A stretch of DNA of 64,000 bases from Terriglobia bacterium. GTDB lineage: Bacteria > Acidobacteriota > Terriglobia > 20CM-2-55-15. Positions within the stretch are counted from its first letter, which is position 1; each line of letters begins with the position of its first letter. Position numbers and translations under genes: made by a program. Where the stretch lies: NCBI GenBank assembly GCA_965218585.1, contig CBDCLE010000005.1, positions 1 to 64,000 on the forward strand, read 5' to 3'. Below the pieces are notes generated by a model. It was not told where the DNA came from. It saw only the letters and a program-made list of their open reading frames with translations, and did no database searches. Shown piece after piece: positions 8,861 to 18,931 of this stretch.

Positions 8861-11068
8861 TTAGAAATCGAAGAGGTTCGTGAACTTGACGATGAGAGCG
8901 CGGTCCAGTGTCTGTCCGTTCTGGGTGGAGCGCCGGTCGTTGTAGACGATGAACAGATCGCTCAGGGGTCGATGGATGATATTGAACCGGATATTGGAAT
9001 TAACCTCGTTCCGGTCCGAGTTGTACTGGATGAACGCGTTGAAGAAAGCACGGGGGTTCAACGAGTAGACGAACCGCATTCCGATAAGATCCGTGGTAAA
9101 GCTGCCGCTGGGCAGATCCACCTGGTTCCGGCTGTAGTCGGTCCGGACGTTGAAGCGATAGTTGATCCTGAGCGTGAAGTTGCCGCCAAAAGACTTTCTC
9201 GTGCCATCCCAGAAGTCGCCCCACTGCACGTTTCCACCCCCGGAGATCCGTTCGGTCTGATCGGATGAAGCTCGCACCTGGTATCTCCGGAACGAGTGAT
9301 CTCCCTGGGCAATGGCTATATCCCGACGAATCTGGAACGGCTCCTTGAGTCGTTCCATGTTTTCATCGATCGAAAAATTGATCGACGACGAATTTTGAAA
9401 CCGAATGCCCGTGTTGAACGTTTGGGTTCGCGTTTCGATCTCTCCGGTCGTCGCACTCTCGAAATACTCCACCCCCGCCGAAAACGTCAGATTCCGGATC
9501 GAGTCACTGGACTCAAGGATTGGATTCCATGACGCGTCTCCAGTGTATTCGGTCACATCCGAACGACGGATGAAACCTATCTCCGGATTGAAGTTCGCCT
9601 GAACTGTCTGGTACTCGCCCTGGAGGGTGAACTCGTTATCCCTCCATTCCGCCGCGAACTTCCGGGCCTGGTTCCTGCCGTCCAGAGCCGGCGTCGTGCT
9701 CCCCATGATGTAGGTATCGATATCCATCCTGTTGAAGAACCGAAAGTGGGCATCGGCACCGTAGACGCGGTTGTAGTCCCCTTTGACGGTCGAATCCCTG
9801 TTCGTGACCAGGCCCCCGATCCACGAGTTGGCCAGCAGATTCTGTTTTACCCGCCCGACGGTATATGTGTTGGATGGTGAGGTGTCGGTCGACTCGGTCT
9901 TCATCGTCAGGAAACCGACGTCATAGTTGCCGATCTGTCCGGTCACGCGCCCGCCGCCTACGATCGGAATCGGTGTGCCCTGCCGGCTTAGACCAATACG
10001 TCGACTGAAAAAGGGTATGACGCTCCCGCCGCCGCGACCGAAACCGCCGCCCGTAGTTCCAAAATTGAACGTCCCCGCGTTTTCGAGGAAGAACTCGCGT
10101 TTTTCAGGAAAGAAGAGGTTAAACCGGGTCAGATTGACCTGCTGTGTGTCCACTTCCACCTGCGCAAAGTCTGTCCGATATGTGGCATCGAGCGTCAGCG
10201 ACTGTGTAATGCCGTACTTCACGTCGACACCCCCGTCATAGTCCTGGTCTGTGGACCACTTTCCAAAGGGATCCACGCCAGTACGGGTCTGGGAAAATCC
10301 TGCCACGGCAAAGGGTTTGATCTTGAGGTTCTGCCCCTGCCGGACGCCTTCAATTCCCTCGAGACGACCCGCCATGGACACACGTGTGATCTGATCACGC
10401 GTCGGCAGGGGTGTCCAATGGCTGGCCTCGTTGAAGCGACGGACGTGTCGCTGCATGTTCATGCCCCACTCCTGGACCGGAGCATTCGAGAACCGAAGGG
10501 TTCTGAACGGGATTCTGTATTCGGCCACCCACGCATCGCCGTTTCGTGTTGTCTGTACCTCCCACACCGCATCCCAATCCGTATTGGTCTGGTTGTCGTT
10601 CGTTATCTGGGCGTCGATCCGACCCCCACCGGGATTAACGTTGAAAAGGAAGCCGGACCTGTCGTCGTTCAGGCTATCGAGGATAATGCCGAAGATGTCT
10701 GAAGATCCGAAGTTGAAGTCCTCGGTTATTTCGTTGACGGTGGCCGCCGCCGGATCCGGGTCGAAGTTGATGGCGCCAATGTACAGGTTGTCCTCGTCGT
10801 ACATGAGGCGGACCTCGGTGCGGAACCGGGCGGGTGCGCCGGTGGCTGGCTGGTGTTGGGTGAAATTCTCGATAACCGGTGCCACGTCCCAGGCTGGTTC
10901 GGTCAGGAGGCCGTCAATGGTGACCGGCTCATTGATCCGCATCGCGGTCGCAACCTGGTCGAACCGTACCGTGTTGTAGTCAATGCCGGGTTGGCCGTCG
11001 GGTGGTTCCTGGGCCAGGGCAGCGACCGACAGCAGCAGGCACAGAGTCAGACAGGTAGCCAAACGCAT
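8861..11068 (-). CDS. CBM9-like plus DUF5916 outer-membrane protein
   Basis: Signal peptide; IDGLL.EPAW, W.AE.RIPFRTLRF, TDFAQVEVD, LFFPEKREFFLE, FFSRRIGL; C-terminal Phe. Confidence 0.85.
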   Translation of the reverse strand: MRLATCLTLCLLLSVAALAQEPPDGQPGIDYNTVRFDQVATAMRINEPVTIDGLLTEPAWDVAPVIENFTQHQPATGAPARFRTEVRLMYDEDNLYIGAINFDPDPAAATVNEITEDFNFGSSDIFGIILDSLNDDRSGFLFNVNPGGGRIDAQITNDNQTNTDWDAVWEVQTTRNGDAWVAEYRIPFRTLRFSNAPVQEWGMNMQRHVRRFNEASHWTPLPTRDQITRVSMAGRLEGIEGVRQGQNLKIKPFAVAGFSQTRTGVDPFGKWSTDQDYDGGVDVKYGITQSLTLDATYRTDFAQVEVDTQQVNLTRFNLFFPEKREFFLENAGTFNFGTTGGGFGRGGGSVIPFFSRRIGLSRQGTPIPIVGGGRVTGQIGNYDVGFLTMKTESTDTSPSNTYTVGRVKQNLLANSWIGGLVTNRDSTVKGDYNRVYGADAHFRFFNRMDIDTYIMGSTTPALDGRNQARKFAAEWRDNEFTLQGEYQTVQANFNPEIGFIRRSDVTEYTGDASWNPILESSDSIRNLTFSAGVEYFESATTGEIETRTQTFNTGIRFQNSSSINFSIDENMERLKEPFQIRRDIAIAQGDHSFRRYQVRASSDQTERISGGGNVQWGDFWDGTRKSFGGNFTLRINYRFNVRTDYSRNQVDLPSGSFTTDLIGMRFVYSLNPRAFFNAFIQYNSDRNEVNSNIRFNIIHRPLSDLFIVYNDRRSTQNGQTLDRALIVKFTNLFDF

Positions 11069-11221
11069 CGAACCAGCGTAGCAAAAACGACCCCGATAGA
11101 GGAAGAGGAAGCGGGGGTACCACACTCGTCTCGAGACAACGCCTCGAAAAAGACGCGGCGGGCCGGACATCGGATGTGGCACACTGATCGGGAAGGCAGG
11201 GCTGCCCTTTCTGGAGAAAAT

Positions 11222-11851
11222 ATGAACGAACCGATTACGCTGGAGATCTTCAGCGACTACGTGTGACCCTGGTGCTATCTCAGTACCGGGCGTATTGAAA
11301 AACTCAAAGAAAATTTCGACGTTACGATCCGGTGGGTGCACTTCCCCTTGCATCCGGAAACGCCCGCAGAAGGACAATCGCTCGAAGATCTGTTTGCCGG
11401 GCGAGGATTCGACATCGAAGCCATGAACGCGCGTCTCGAGGGACTGGCCGAAGCTGAAGGGCTTGCCTACTCTCGGCGAACGCACACTTACAACAGCCGC
11501 CTCGCTCAGGAACTGGGAGCCTGGGCCGAGACCCAGCCAGGAGGCGAAGCGATTCACGATGCGCTGTTCAAAGCGTATTTCGTCGATGGCAAGAACATCG
11601 GCGATGTCGATTTTCTGGTCGGATTGGCCGAATCAGTAGGACTTGACCGAGACCAGGCCCGCACGGTGCTCGAGGAGAGACGGTTCAAAGACGCCGTTGA
11701 TGTGGATTGGGAGAAGTCCAGGACATACGACGTGACCGGAGTTCCCACTTTTGTTGCAGGTGACCAGAAACTGGTGGGAGCCCATCCTTATGAGACGCTC
11801 GATGCGTTGATGAGGCAAGTGGGGGCGAGCGAGCCGGATCCCGGGGCATAG
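11222..11851 (+). CDS. DsbA/FrnE-family oxidoreductase with in-frame UGA (probable selenocysteine, UPWC motif)
   Basis: GGAG RBS; MNEPITLEIFSDYV-TGA(11264-11266)-PWCYLSTGRIE continues in frame into the 11336-11851 ORF, which has the VTGVPTF cis-Pro loop. Confidence 0.85.
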
Positions 11852-11949
11852 ATCCGAAAGGCCAACCTCGAAAAAAAGCGCACTTGGGAAGGGGATCCCG
11901 GAAAGGATCCCGATCGCACTGCGCTTGGGTTTCTTGAGAGAGGGTCTGA

Positions 11950-12270
11950 TTACCAGCGAGGTTCGTCGCGTCGGTATCCGCCACCACCACCGCCGCCATA
12001 ACCACCACCGCCTCCGCGGTCCTGCCGGGGACGGGCTTCGTTGACGGTCAATGCACGCCCTTCGAGTTCGTACTGGTTATATTTTTCAATTGCCTTCTCG
12101 GCATCCTCATCACTGGTCATTTCGACGAACCCGAACCCTCTGGCCCGGCCGGTTTCTCTGTCCGTGATGATGCGGACCGAATCGACCGCGCCTACTTCAC
12201 CGAAGAGGTCTTCTAATTCGCCTTCGGTGGTTTTGAAGGGGAGGTTCCCCACGTACAACTTTTTACCCAT
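11950..12270 (-). CDS. RRM (RNP-1) RNA-binding protein with Gly-rich tail
   Basis: RNP2 LYVGNL and RNP1 RGFGFVEM. Confidence 0.95.
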   Translation of the reverse strand: MGKKLYVGNLPFKTTEGELEDLFGEVGAVDSVRIITDRETGRARGFGFVEMTSDEDAEKAIEKYNQYELEGRALTVNEARPRQDRGGGGGYGGGGGGGYRRDEPRW

Positions 12271-12529
12271 GAAATTCCTTCTCTCGCCTTTCGCGAACGG
12301 GCCTTGCGGACCCCAGGTTTAAATCAATCGGTTGTCATTCAAGAGATATCGTTTCCGTAGCTAACAGACACGCTCGGGTGAGGCGATACGATGAGAAAAA
12401 CTCGGGTCGACGCCGAGGGCGGGCCAGTTGGCGGGCCGATCTCTTACAAAGCTCCACGAGCCTATCAGATTGACGTAGAGCGCACAATCTATTTGCCCAG
12501 CCATCAGATGGAGCGAAAAGGTCAAATAC

Positions 12530-13075
12530 TTAACCGCCTAAATTGAAAACAATTCCGGTCGTGACGTTGAGATTGGATCTCCATCCATTCGTAAACACAC
12601 CGCTTCCAAGGGCCAGTCCACCCACATCCACGCGGAAGGCCATGCCTCCATTCAAATTGAAATCGATACCACCGCCGTATCTTGCGGCCGCTGTGCTGAA
12701 ACCGCCACCGGTTTGATTGCTCGTGTAGTAACCCACTCCAAAACCGCCGGCAAGATAAGGCGTGATCCGTCCCTCCATAAGGTCCCGGGCGATGAGCTTT
12801 GCGCCAAAAGTATTTGTTACCAGCGTCACATCGTTGTTGAGGGCGTATGCGCCCGTGAAGTTTTCAAATCCAAACCAGCTTGCGAGGTTTATGGTGGTAT
12901 GCATCGCAAATCCGTGAACCCGGTCCGTTGTCAGCATCGTGCCGCTTGTATCGAGACCCTCGACTCCGTAGTTCCCATAGCCGAACGAAATATCGAGCGT
13001 CGAAAAATCCTGGGCGGCGACTGGCACCGAAACCACAACCAGTGCGATCAGAACAAGAACGATTCGTTTCACCAT
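12530..13075 (-). CDS. Outer-membrane beta-barrel protein
   Basis: Signal peptide MVKRIVLVLIALVVVSVPVAA; alternating beta-strand pattern, PYLAGGFG; start overlaps the upstream gene's stop. Confidence 0.75.
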   Translation of the reverse strand: MVKRIVLVLIALVVVSVPVAAQDFSTLDISFGYGNYGVEGLDTSGTMLTTDRVHGFAMHTTINLASWFGFENFTGAYALNNDVTLVTNTFGAKLIARDLMEGRITPYLAGGFGVGYYTSNQTGGGFSTAAARYGGGIDFNLNGGMAFRVDVGGLALGSGVFTNGWRSNLNVTTGIVFNLGG

Positions 13076-13608
13076 TGAATTTCCTCTATCCCTTCCCTGT
13101 GATTGACTGTCCGTGCCAGCACGAACAAAAAGTCTGAAAGTCGATTCAGATATTCGATAACCGTCGGATCCAGTGTTGCCTCTGCCGTTAGATCGACCAC
13201 GCCACGTTCTGCCCTGCGGCAAACGGTTCGGGCCAGGTGCAGCAAGGCTCCTGCCTGACCGCCACCCGACAGTATGAATTTCTGAAGTCGTGGCAGATCC
13301 TCTTCGAATCGATCGATTGAATCCTCCAGGTCGGTCACGGACTGTTTCGTCAAACGTGACTTGTCCTTCCCTGACGCTTCGGCGTCCGGATTGGCCAAAG
13401 CAGCACCCAGCGTCAACAGGTGCCTCTGAATATCGTTGAGCAACGAGAGGATGGATGCGTCATTGATAAAAGCTCCCGCCACCCCCAGAACAGCGTTCAA
13501 CTCGTCAACGTTTCCATATGCAGCGACCCGAATATTGGACTTGGGCACGCGTGTGCCGTCGAACAGCCGTGTCTCCCCACGGTCACCGAATTTCGTGTAG
13601 ATCGACAT
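13069..13608 (-). CDS. pduO: PduO-type cob(I)alamin adenosyltransferase
   Basis: IYTKFGDRGET, AYGNVDELNA, RTVCRRAER, LNRLSD. Confidence 0.93.
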   Translation of the reverse strand: MSIYTKFGDRGETRLFDGTRVPKSNIRVAAYGNVDELNAVLGVAGAFINDASILSLLNDIQRHLLTLGAALANPDAEASGKDKSRLTKQSVTDLEDSIDRFEEDLPRLQKFILSGGGQAGALLHLARTVCRRAERGVVDLTAEATLDPTVIEYLNRLSDFLFVLARTVNHREGIEEIQW

Positions 13609-13692
13609 GTGTTTTTATTCACCTCGACCGACAGTTGTCCGATAGACAACAGTCTCTTTGACGTAACGTGATAGAAATTGGTTGAAAGGCGG

Positions 13693-14514
13693 TCAGGAAT
13701 GACTTGCCTTGTATGCCTTCTTGCTCAGCGAGTGTTCCTCGTTCCGACGGCGGTAATGAATCATTTCGGCAACGATGGCAACGGCGATTTCTTCGGGAAC
13801 GACCGCTCCGATATCGAGGCCGATCGGCATGTGAACGCGTTCCAGTTCCTGTTCGGTCGCGCCTTCCGACTCTAATTTGCGGGCGATCGTCCGTATCTTT
13901 CTTTTACTGCCAATCATCCCGATGTAGCGCGCTTCAGTCTGGATGGCCCAGCGCAGAACGTTTTCGTCTTCCTGATGGCCCCGAGTCACGATAACAAGGT
14001 ATGTGTTCTGGTCCGGCTTGATCTGGGCAAAGGCTTCTTCAAAACTCTCAGAAAATATGTTCTCCGCTTCAGGGAAACGGGCATCGTTCGCATAGATGGG
14101 CCGGTCATCGACAATCCAGCTCTTGAATCCCGCAACGGTCGCTATCTTCGAGAGCTGCGTCGAAATATGGCCGGCGCCGAATATGACAACGGTCGGCACG
14201 GGCAGTACGGGCTCTACGAATATCTCCAATTTTCCTCCGCAAATGAGCCCGCTGTCGGTCATGGATTCATCGGTCAGGTCGAAGTTCATTACCCGTGATT
14301 TTTCTTCCTTAATCGCTTCCTGGGCCGCGGCCCAGACTTCTGCTTCGACGCATCCGCCGCCCACCGAGCCCAGAGTGGAGCCGTCCTCCCGGACTAACAT
14401 TTTTGCGGTTTGGAAACTGGGCACCGAGCCGCGAATCTGGACGATGGTGGCCAGTGCGGCTTTCTGCCCTGCTCGCCGCAGTCTGACCAGTTCATCAAAA
14501 AGGTCGATTTCCAT
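13693..14514 (-). CDS. XdhC/CoxF family molybdenum-cofactor chaperone
   Basis: GSVGGGCVE, GLICGG, FGAGH, TRGH, YIGMIGS, PIGLDIGA..PEEIAV. Confidence 0.9.
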   Translation of the reverse strand: MEIDLFDELVRLRRAGQKAALATIVQIRGSVPSFQTAKMLVREDGSTLGSVGGGCVEAEVWAAAQEAIKEEKSRVMNFDLTDESMTDSGLICGGKLEIFVEPVLPVPTVVIFGAGHISTQLSKIATVAGFKSWIVDDRPIYANDARFPEAENIFSESFEEAFAQIKPDQNTYLVIVTRGHQEDENVLRWAIQTEARYIGMIGSKRKIRTIARKLESEGATEQELERVHMPIGLDIGAVVPEEIAVAIVAEMIHYRRRNEEHSLSKKAYKASHS

Positions 14515-14657
14515 TTCGCCAGTGTAGCAATTGTCCCTGGGAGAGAGAAGCCTGAAAGAGGGGTTCGTCCTCATCCACGGAGGTTGCGATGATTTCTCTT
14601 GCAAAGAAGGCCACGTTCGGCGCTCAGACTCAAGAGATGGCGCTCTTGACCTGTGCC

Positions 14658-14783
14658 ACTGACGCCTCGGCCTTCGCCAGGGCTTGCCTCAATAGCCCGC
14701 GTGTGTAAGAGGCCTCGGAATCAGGAAGATTCCGAGGGCGGCGGTCGTTCGGTCAGGATGAGGGTTTGAACGACCAGGCGAAA
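14658..14783 (+). repeat. Structured intergenic repeat, copy 1
   Basis: CTCGGAATC/GATTCCGAG hairpin plus GGTCGTTC...GAACGACC stem and GCGAAA; 5' ACTGACGCCTCGGC shared with copies 2 and 3. Confidence 0.8.
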
Positions 14784-14916
14784 GATCGTTTCGTGAATGG
14801 AATTCCTGAGTTGCTACTCGACAGAACCGATAAATACTAGTTTGGCTTGACTTTCAGTCCCTTGCTCTCTAGAATCCGACCGGCTTTTTTTGTCGCTACA
14901 TTTCGAACGGAGTCGG

Positions 14917-15735
14917 ATGCCAAAGGCACAGACACTTACGGACTTGGCGCGAATCATCGCAAAGCACGGGGAACGTGCGTTCGTGGTCTCCGATGTCGAT
15001 TCGTCGACAAAATCAACACTCAACAGGATTCTGGTCGACGTCAGCCACATCCCACGCTTTGGGGCAGTGACCTCGAGAGGACGGAAGGTTACCATCGGGG
15101 CTGGAGCCAACTTTGGCGACGTCCTGCGGCGGGTCAAGGGCGAGAACGGTCTCCTGAAACAGGCTGTTTCGATGATGGCCAACCCACTGGTTCGCAACAG
15201 GGTTACCGTGTTTTCAGCGCTCGGCGCAGATTCCCATTACTTCGACCTGGCCACGGCTCTGGTAAGCCTTGGCGCCCAGGTGAGGCTGCAGTCCACCAAG
15301 AGCAGTCGAACTATCACGATCAATGAGTTCGTCCTGGCCGCGGCCGAAGGTTTTGAGGGGGGCGAGTTCCCGGTGGCTGTGGAATTCCCGATGCTCGATC
15401 CCAAGTGGAGAGTGGGCTTCTTCCGGGTCAATCCTGGGGGGGGGCGGCCTACAGTTTCCGCATCCGTCAGGACACGGTTGCGGCGGAACGTTGCACTCGG
15501 TCCCGAAATCATCGTCTCGAGTTCAACGGTGATCCCCGTCCTCGTGCGCGCCGCCTCGAAGGCCCTGAACAGGCAGTACCTGAATGAGGCGAACGTAAAG
15601 GGAGTCGCCGCAATCGCTGCCGGGGAAATGCTGGAGATGGCGGGACTCGAAGAAGATGCTTACGAGAGCAGCCTTGTCGAGGTGGCGGTCGCCCGTGCCG
15701 TCCGCAGAGTCAACGACACAGGCCCGATGGTGTGA
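14917..15735 (+). CDS. FAD-binding subunit of the xanthine/CO dehydrogenase family (divergent)
   Basis: LVDVSHI, VTIGA, MANPLVRNRVT, and a CO-dehydrogenase flavoprotein-like C-terminus; adjacent to xdhC. Confidence 0.7.
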   Translation: MPKAQTLTDLARIIAKHGERAFVVSDVDSSTKSTLNRILVDVSHIPRFGAVTSRGRKVTIGAGANFGDVLRRVKGENGLLKQAVSMMANPLVRNRVTVFSALGADSHYFDLATALVSLGAQVRLQSTKSSRTITINEFVLAAAEGFEGGEFPVAVEFPMLDPKWRVGFFRVNPGGGRPTVSASVRTRLRRNVALGPEIIVSSSTVIPVLVRAASKALNRQYLNEANVKGVAAIAAGEMLEMAGLEEDAYESSLVEVAVARAVRRVNDTGPMV

Positions 15736-15750
15736 AGACCAGATCTGATT

Positions 15751-15957
15751 CTATTTCTTGAGAGCCGCGTACGGGCTCGCTTCCGAATACAACGTATCGC
15801 ACTCCTGGCACCGCAAGACGTCCAATCCTTTCCCGGCGGTTTGGGCAACCTCGGGTTCCAGAGCCGTAATCCGCTTCAGCTTGCCACCACAGAAAGGCTT
15901 CTTGGGAGTGGGTCCGGGCTCGTTGCAAACTGTTTGTCGTGGCGATTTTTCCTTCAC
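15751..15957 (-). CDS. Small Cys-containing (Zn-ribbon-like) protein
   Basis: 68 aa, C..C.G.L and RCQEC; GAGGAG upstream; fills the gap downstream of nadK. Confidence 0.55.
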   Translation of the reverse strand: MKEKSPRQTVCNEPGPTPKKPFCGGKLKRITALEPEVAQTAGKGLDVLRCQECDTLYSEASPYAALKK

Positions 15958-16112
15958 GTCTCAGCTTCTCCTCGTATACCCATGCGGCAAGAACATTATA
16001 GCAGTTGTCCTCGGCCAGAATTCCTGTCCTCAATAGTTGTGTGCCCCACCGTCGGACGGGTGCGGGTCCTTCTAGGGGGGATCAAAAGTCGCGCAAGTGG
16101 CCCGTCGATCAC

Positions 16113-16973
16113 CTAACCCCACTTGAGTTTGCCCCGCAGGACGTCAAAGTAACTCTTTCCTCTCGGTGCGATCAGTTGGACGCGCTCGGCGGCAGGCCGA
16201 ATCCGCATCTTGTCGCCATCCTCGAGGAGCAAACCTACCTGACCGTCCACGGTTGCATGGACCCCTTCTTCACCGTGTGACCTGAACGTAACAACGACCT
16301 CGACACCGTCAGGAAGTACGATCGGGCGGTTTGTCAGAGTGTGCGAACAGATGGGGGTCATCAGGACCGCCGTCAAGTCGGGGTGTACGATAGGTCCACC
16401 GGCAGAAAGGTTATACGCCGTGGAACCGGTGGGAGTCGCTACGATCAGCCCGTCAGCCCGAAACGTGGACATGTATTCGTCATCGACGCGCACTTCGATT
16501 TCAATCATGCGTGCGGGTGTGCCCTTGTTGATGACGATGTCATTCAGGGCCCGGTGCTTCGCAATCGCTTCCGCGCTGCGCAACAGCGTCATCTCGATCA
16601 TCATTCGACGATCACTTACGAATTCGCCAGCCAGGACGCGTTCCAGATCGGGATAGAGTTCTTCCATCGTCACGGCTGTAAGAAAACCAAGCCCACCAAA
16701 GTTGATAGCGAGAATCGGCACCTCCCGGCCTGCCAGAAGCCGTGCAGCGGCCAGCAACGTCCCATCCCCACCGACAACAACAATCAGATCGGCCCGGTTT
16801 CCAAACTCCACATCGCTGGCGCCAGAGGCTCCGCTCCCACTGTGCCTGGCAGTCTCCGACTCCAGCAGGACGGCAATGTCGCGTTTCCTGAACCACTGGG
16901 CCAGGCCAGCGGCGACCGGTGCGACCTCGGGCGCACCCAGTTTGGTAATGATTCCAACGGTTTCGATGTTCAT
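16113..16973 (-). CDS. nadK: NAD kinase
   Basis: GGDGT, LGFL, LNDIVI, DGLIVATPTGSTAY. Confidence 0.97.
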   Translation of the reverse strand: MNIETVGIITKLGAPEVAPVAAGLAQWFRKRDIAVLLESETARHSGSGASGASDVEFGNRADLIVVVGGDGTLLAAARLLAGREVPILAINFGGLGFLTAVTMEELYPDLERVLAGEFVSDRRMMIEMTLLRSAEAIAKHRALNDIVINKGTPARMIEIEVRVDDEYMSTFRADGLIVATPTGSTAYNLSAGGPIVHPDLTAVLMTPICSHTLTNRPIVLPDGVEVVVTFRSHGEEGVHATVDGQVGLLLEDGDKMRIRPAAERVQLIAPRGKSYFDVLRGKLKWG

Positions 16974-17701
16974 GATCTTTCCAGGAGTATGAAGAACTCT
17001 CTGTTCCCCTCTTTTCCTGTGATTGGAGACGGGGCGGTGGCTCGGTGTCTGAACATCGCAGTCTGGGCCGAGGTGATGACCGATTTGACGGCCTCTTCGT
17101 GCAATGCCGGATCCGTCACGACACCACCTCGGGGCACCTTCTCCCTCCCGAGTTCAAATTGGGGTTTGACCAGCGCGAGGCAACGCGCCCCACGGGGAAG
17201 AATGGCCGAAACTGCCGGCAGGATCTTTGTCAGCGAAATGAAGGAAACGTCGATCGTGACCAGATCGAGGGTTTCCCCTGTCCAGTCCGATTCAATGTGT
17301 CGCGCATTGCCCTCTACCTGTGTCACACGATCGTCGCTCTGAAGTTTCCAGTCCAACTGGGAAATATCCACATCGATGGCATACACGCGAGTGGCACCGG
17401 CCCCAAGGAGACATTCGGTAAAACCACCTGTCGATGATCCGATGTCAGCAACGACCCATCCGTTTGGATCAATGCGGAGCGATTCGAGAGCACCTCTCAG
17501 TTTGATGCCTCCTCGGCTGACAAACGGATGCGGCGGTTGGCGCAACCGTACCGCCGCGTTCGGGTCCACGCCTTCCCCGGCTTTTCTAACCGGCATGTCT
17601 TCAACCAGCACATCGCCCGCCATGATCAGGGCGCGCGCCCTTTCCCGGGAGGTGACCAATCCGCGATCCACCAGCAGCTTATCGATGCGCGTCTTGGTCA
17701 A
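16970..17701 (-). CDS. tlyA: TlyA family rRNA 2'-O-methyltransferase
   Basis: S4 domain RIDKLLV, VSRGG.KL, DIGSSTGGFT, DVSFISL, LVKPQFE, GNREF. Confidence 0.95.
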   Translation of the reverse strand: MTKTRIDKLLVDRGLVTSRERARALIMAGDVLVEDMPVRKAGEGVDPNAAVRLRQPPHPFVSRGGIKLRGALESLRIDPNGWVVADIGSSTGGFTECLLGAGATRVYAIDVDISQLDWKLQSDDRVTQVEGNARHIESDWTGETLDLVTIDVSFISLTKILPAVSAILPRGARCLALVKPQFELGREKVPRGGVVTDPALHEEAVKSVITSAQTAMFRHRATAPSPITGKEGNREFFILLERS

Positions 17702-18591
17702 TGCGAGCGTCTCTCTACGTAATCGGCTATTTCCATCAGCAACCGGGAGCCACCTCCCAGGGCGGCAACGGCTTCGCGCGCCTCTGTCGAAATTTCCCCG
17801 ACCCTCCGACGCGACTCTTCAATGCCGTGCAATTGTGGATATGTTGCCTTCCCCTGTGCGCGGTCTTTGCCGGGAGTCTTGCCCAGGTCGTCACCTCTCC
17901 CGGTTTCGTCCAGAATATCGTCAACGATCTGAAACGCGAGCCCGACGCGTTGTCCGTAGTCTCTAATCTGCTGCATTTCTTCCGGGCCCGCACGGCCCAG
18001 CAGCGCTCCAATGACAATCGACGCCTCCAGAAGGGCTCCAGTCTTTGAACGATGGATCAGATCCAGATGCTCGGAATCGACGCGCGACCCTTCCGCTTCC
18101 AGGTCCAGTGCCTGGCCAGCCGTCATCCCATCGGGGGTACCCCCAGCCCGGGCAAGTATTCCAAGCGCGTCCAGCACGAGCTGGGCGGGAAATGTGTCCG
18201 AAGCGGCAACGGTCCGAAACGCGAGCGTAAGCAACGCATCTCCTGCCAATATTGCGATCGCCTCGCCAAACCTACGGTGGCAAGCGGGAATCCCGCGCCG
18301 GAAATCGTCATCGTCCATCGCGGGCAAGTCGTCGTGGATCAGGGAGTATGTATGTACGAGCTCCAGTGACGCTGCAATGGGCAAGACTCGTTCCCAATCG
18401 GGACTGAACGTGCGGTACCCCGCAACGCAGAGTGCGGGACGCAGCCTCTTTCCTCGGGCCAGAACGCTGTAGCGCATTGCTTCGTGCAGTTTTGTTGGAA
18501 CATGTGTTTGTGAGGGCAGGATTTGATCCAGAGCCTGTTCGATCCCCGGCCGGACCTGTTCAAAGAAGTCGGTTATGTTAGCAGTCTTCAC
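17698..18591 (-). CDS. ispA: Farnesyl/geranylgeranyl diphosphate synthase
   Basis: GKRLRP, SLIHDDLPAMDDDDFRRG, FQIVDDILD, GKATYP. Confidence 0.95.
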   Translation of the reverse strand: MKTANITDFFEQVRPGIEQALDQILPSQTHVPTKLHEAMRYSVLARGKRLRPALCVAGYRTFSPDWERVLPIAASLELVHTYSLIHDDLPAMDDDDFRRGIPACHRRFGEAIAILAGDALLTLAFRTVAASDTFPAQLVLDALGILARAGGTPDGMTAGQALDLEAEGSRVDSEHLDLIHRSKTGALLEASIVIGALLGRAGPEEMQQIRDYGQRVGLAFQIVDDILDETGRGDDLGKTPGKDRAQGKATYPQLHGIEESRRRVGEISTEAREAVAALGGGSRLLMEIADYVERRSH

Positions 18592-18854
18592 TCGTCGTCG
18601 TGGAGCGATTCAGCTCCGGCTTCGAAGGGAACCGAGCGAATCTCGCCGGATCCGTCCTTGAGCAGGAGTTCGACTCGCCGCTCTGCCTGCTCGAGCTTTC
18701 CGTGACAAAAACGGGACAGTCGAATGCCCTCTTCAAAGAACTCCAGGGCCTGGTCCAGTCCGAGTTCCCCGTCCTCCAGGGCCTTCACTATCTCTTCGAG
18801 TCGCCCGAGCGCGGACTCAAAATCTTCAGGAGGGACGACTTCAGGGTTGGTCAT
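18588..18854 (-). CDS. xseB: Exodeoxyribonuclease VII small subunit
   Basis: FESALGRLEEIV..LE.GEL.L..AL..FEEG. Confidence 0.95.
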   Translation of the reverse strand: MTNPEVVPPEDFESALGRLEEIVKALEDGELGLDQALEFFEEGIRLSRFCHGKLEQAERRVELLLKDGSGEIRSVPFEAGAESLHDDE

Positions 18855-18931
18855 GGGACCAATCTTATCCCATCAAAGATATAATTTGAAACGAGGAGCG
18901 CCCGCGCTGCCTCGTGTATTCTATGTTCGAC

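Noticed and set aside
11069-11557. N-terminal extension of the 898-aa ORF
   Set aside because: It overlaps the DsbA gene on the opposite strand. The signal peptide and -10 box place the start at 11068.
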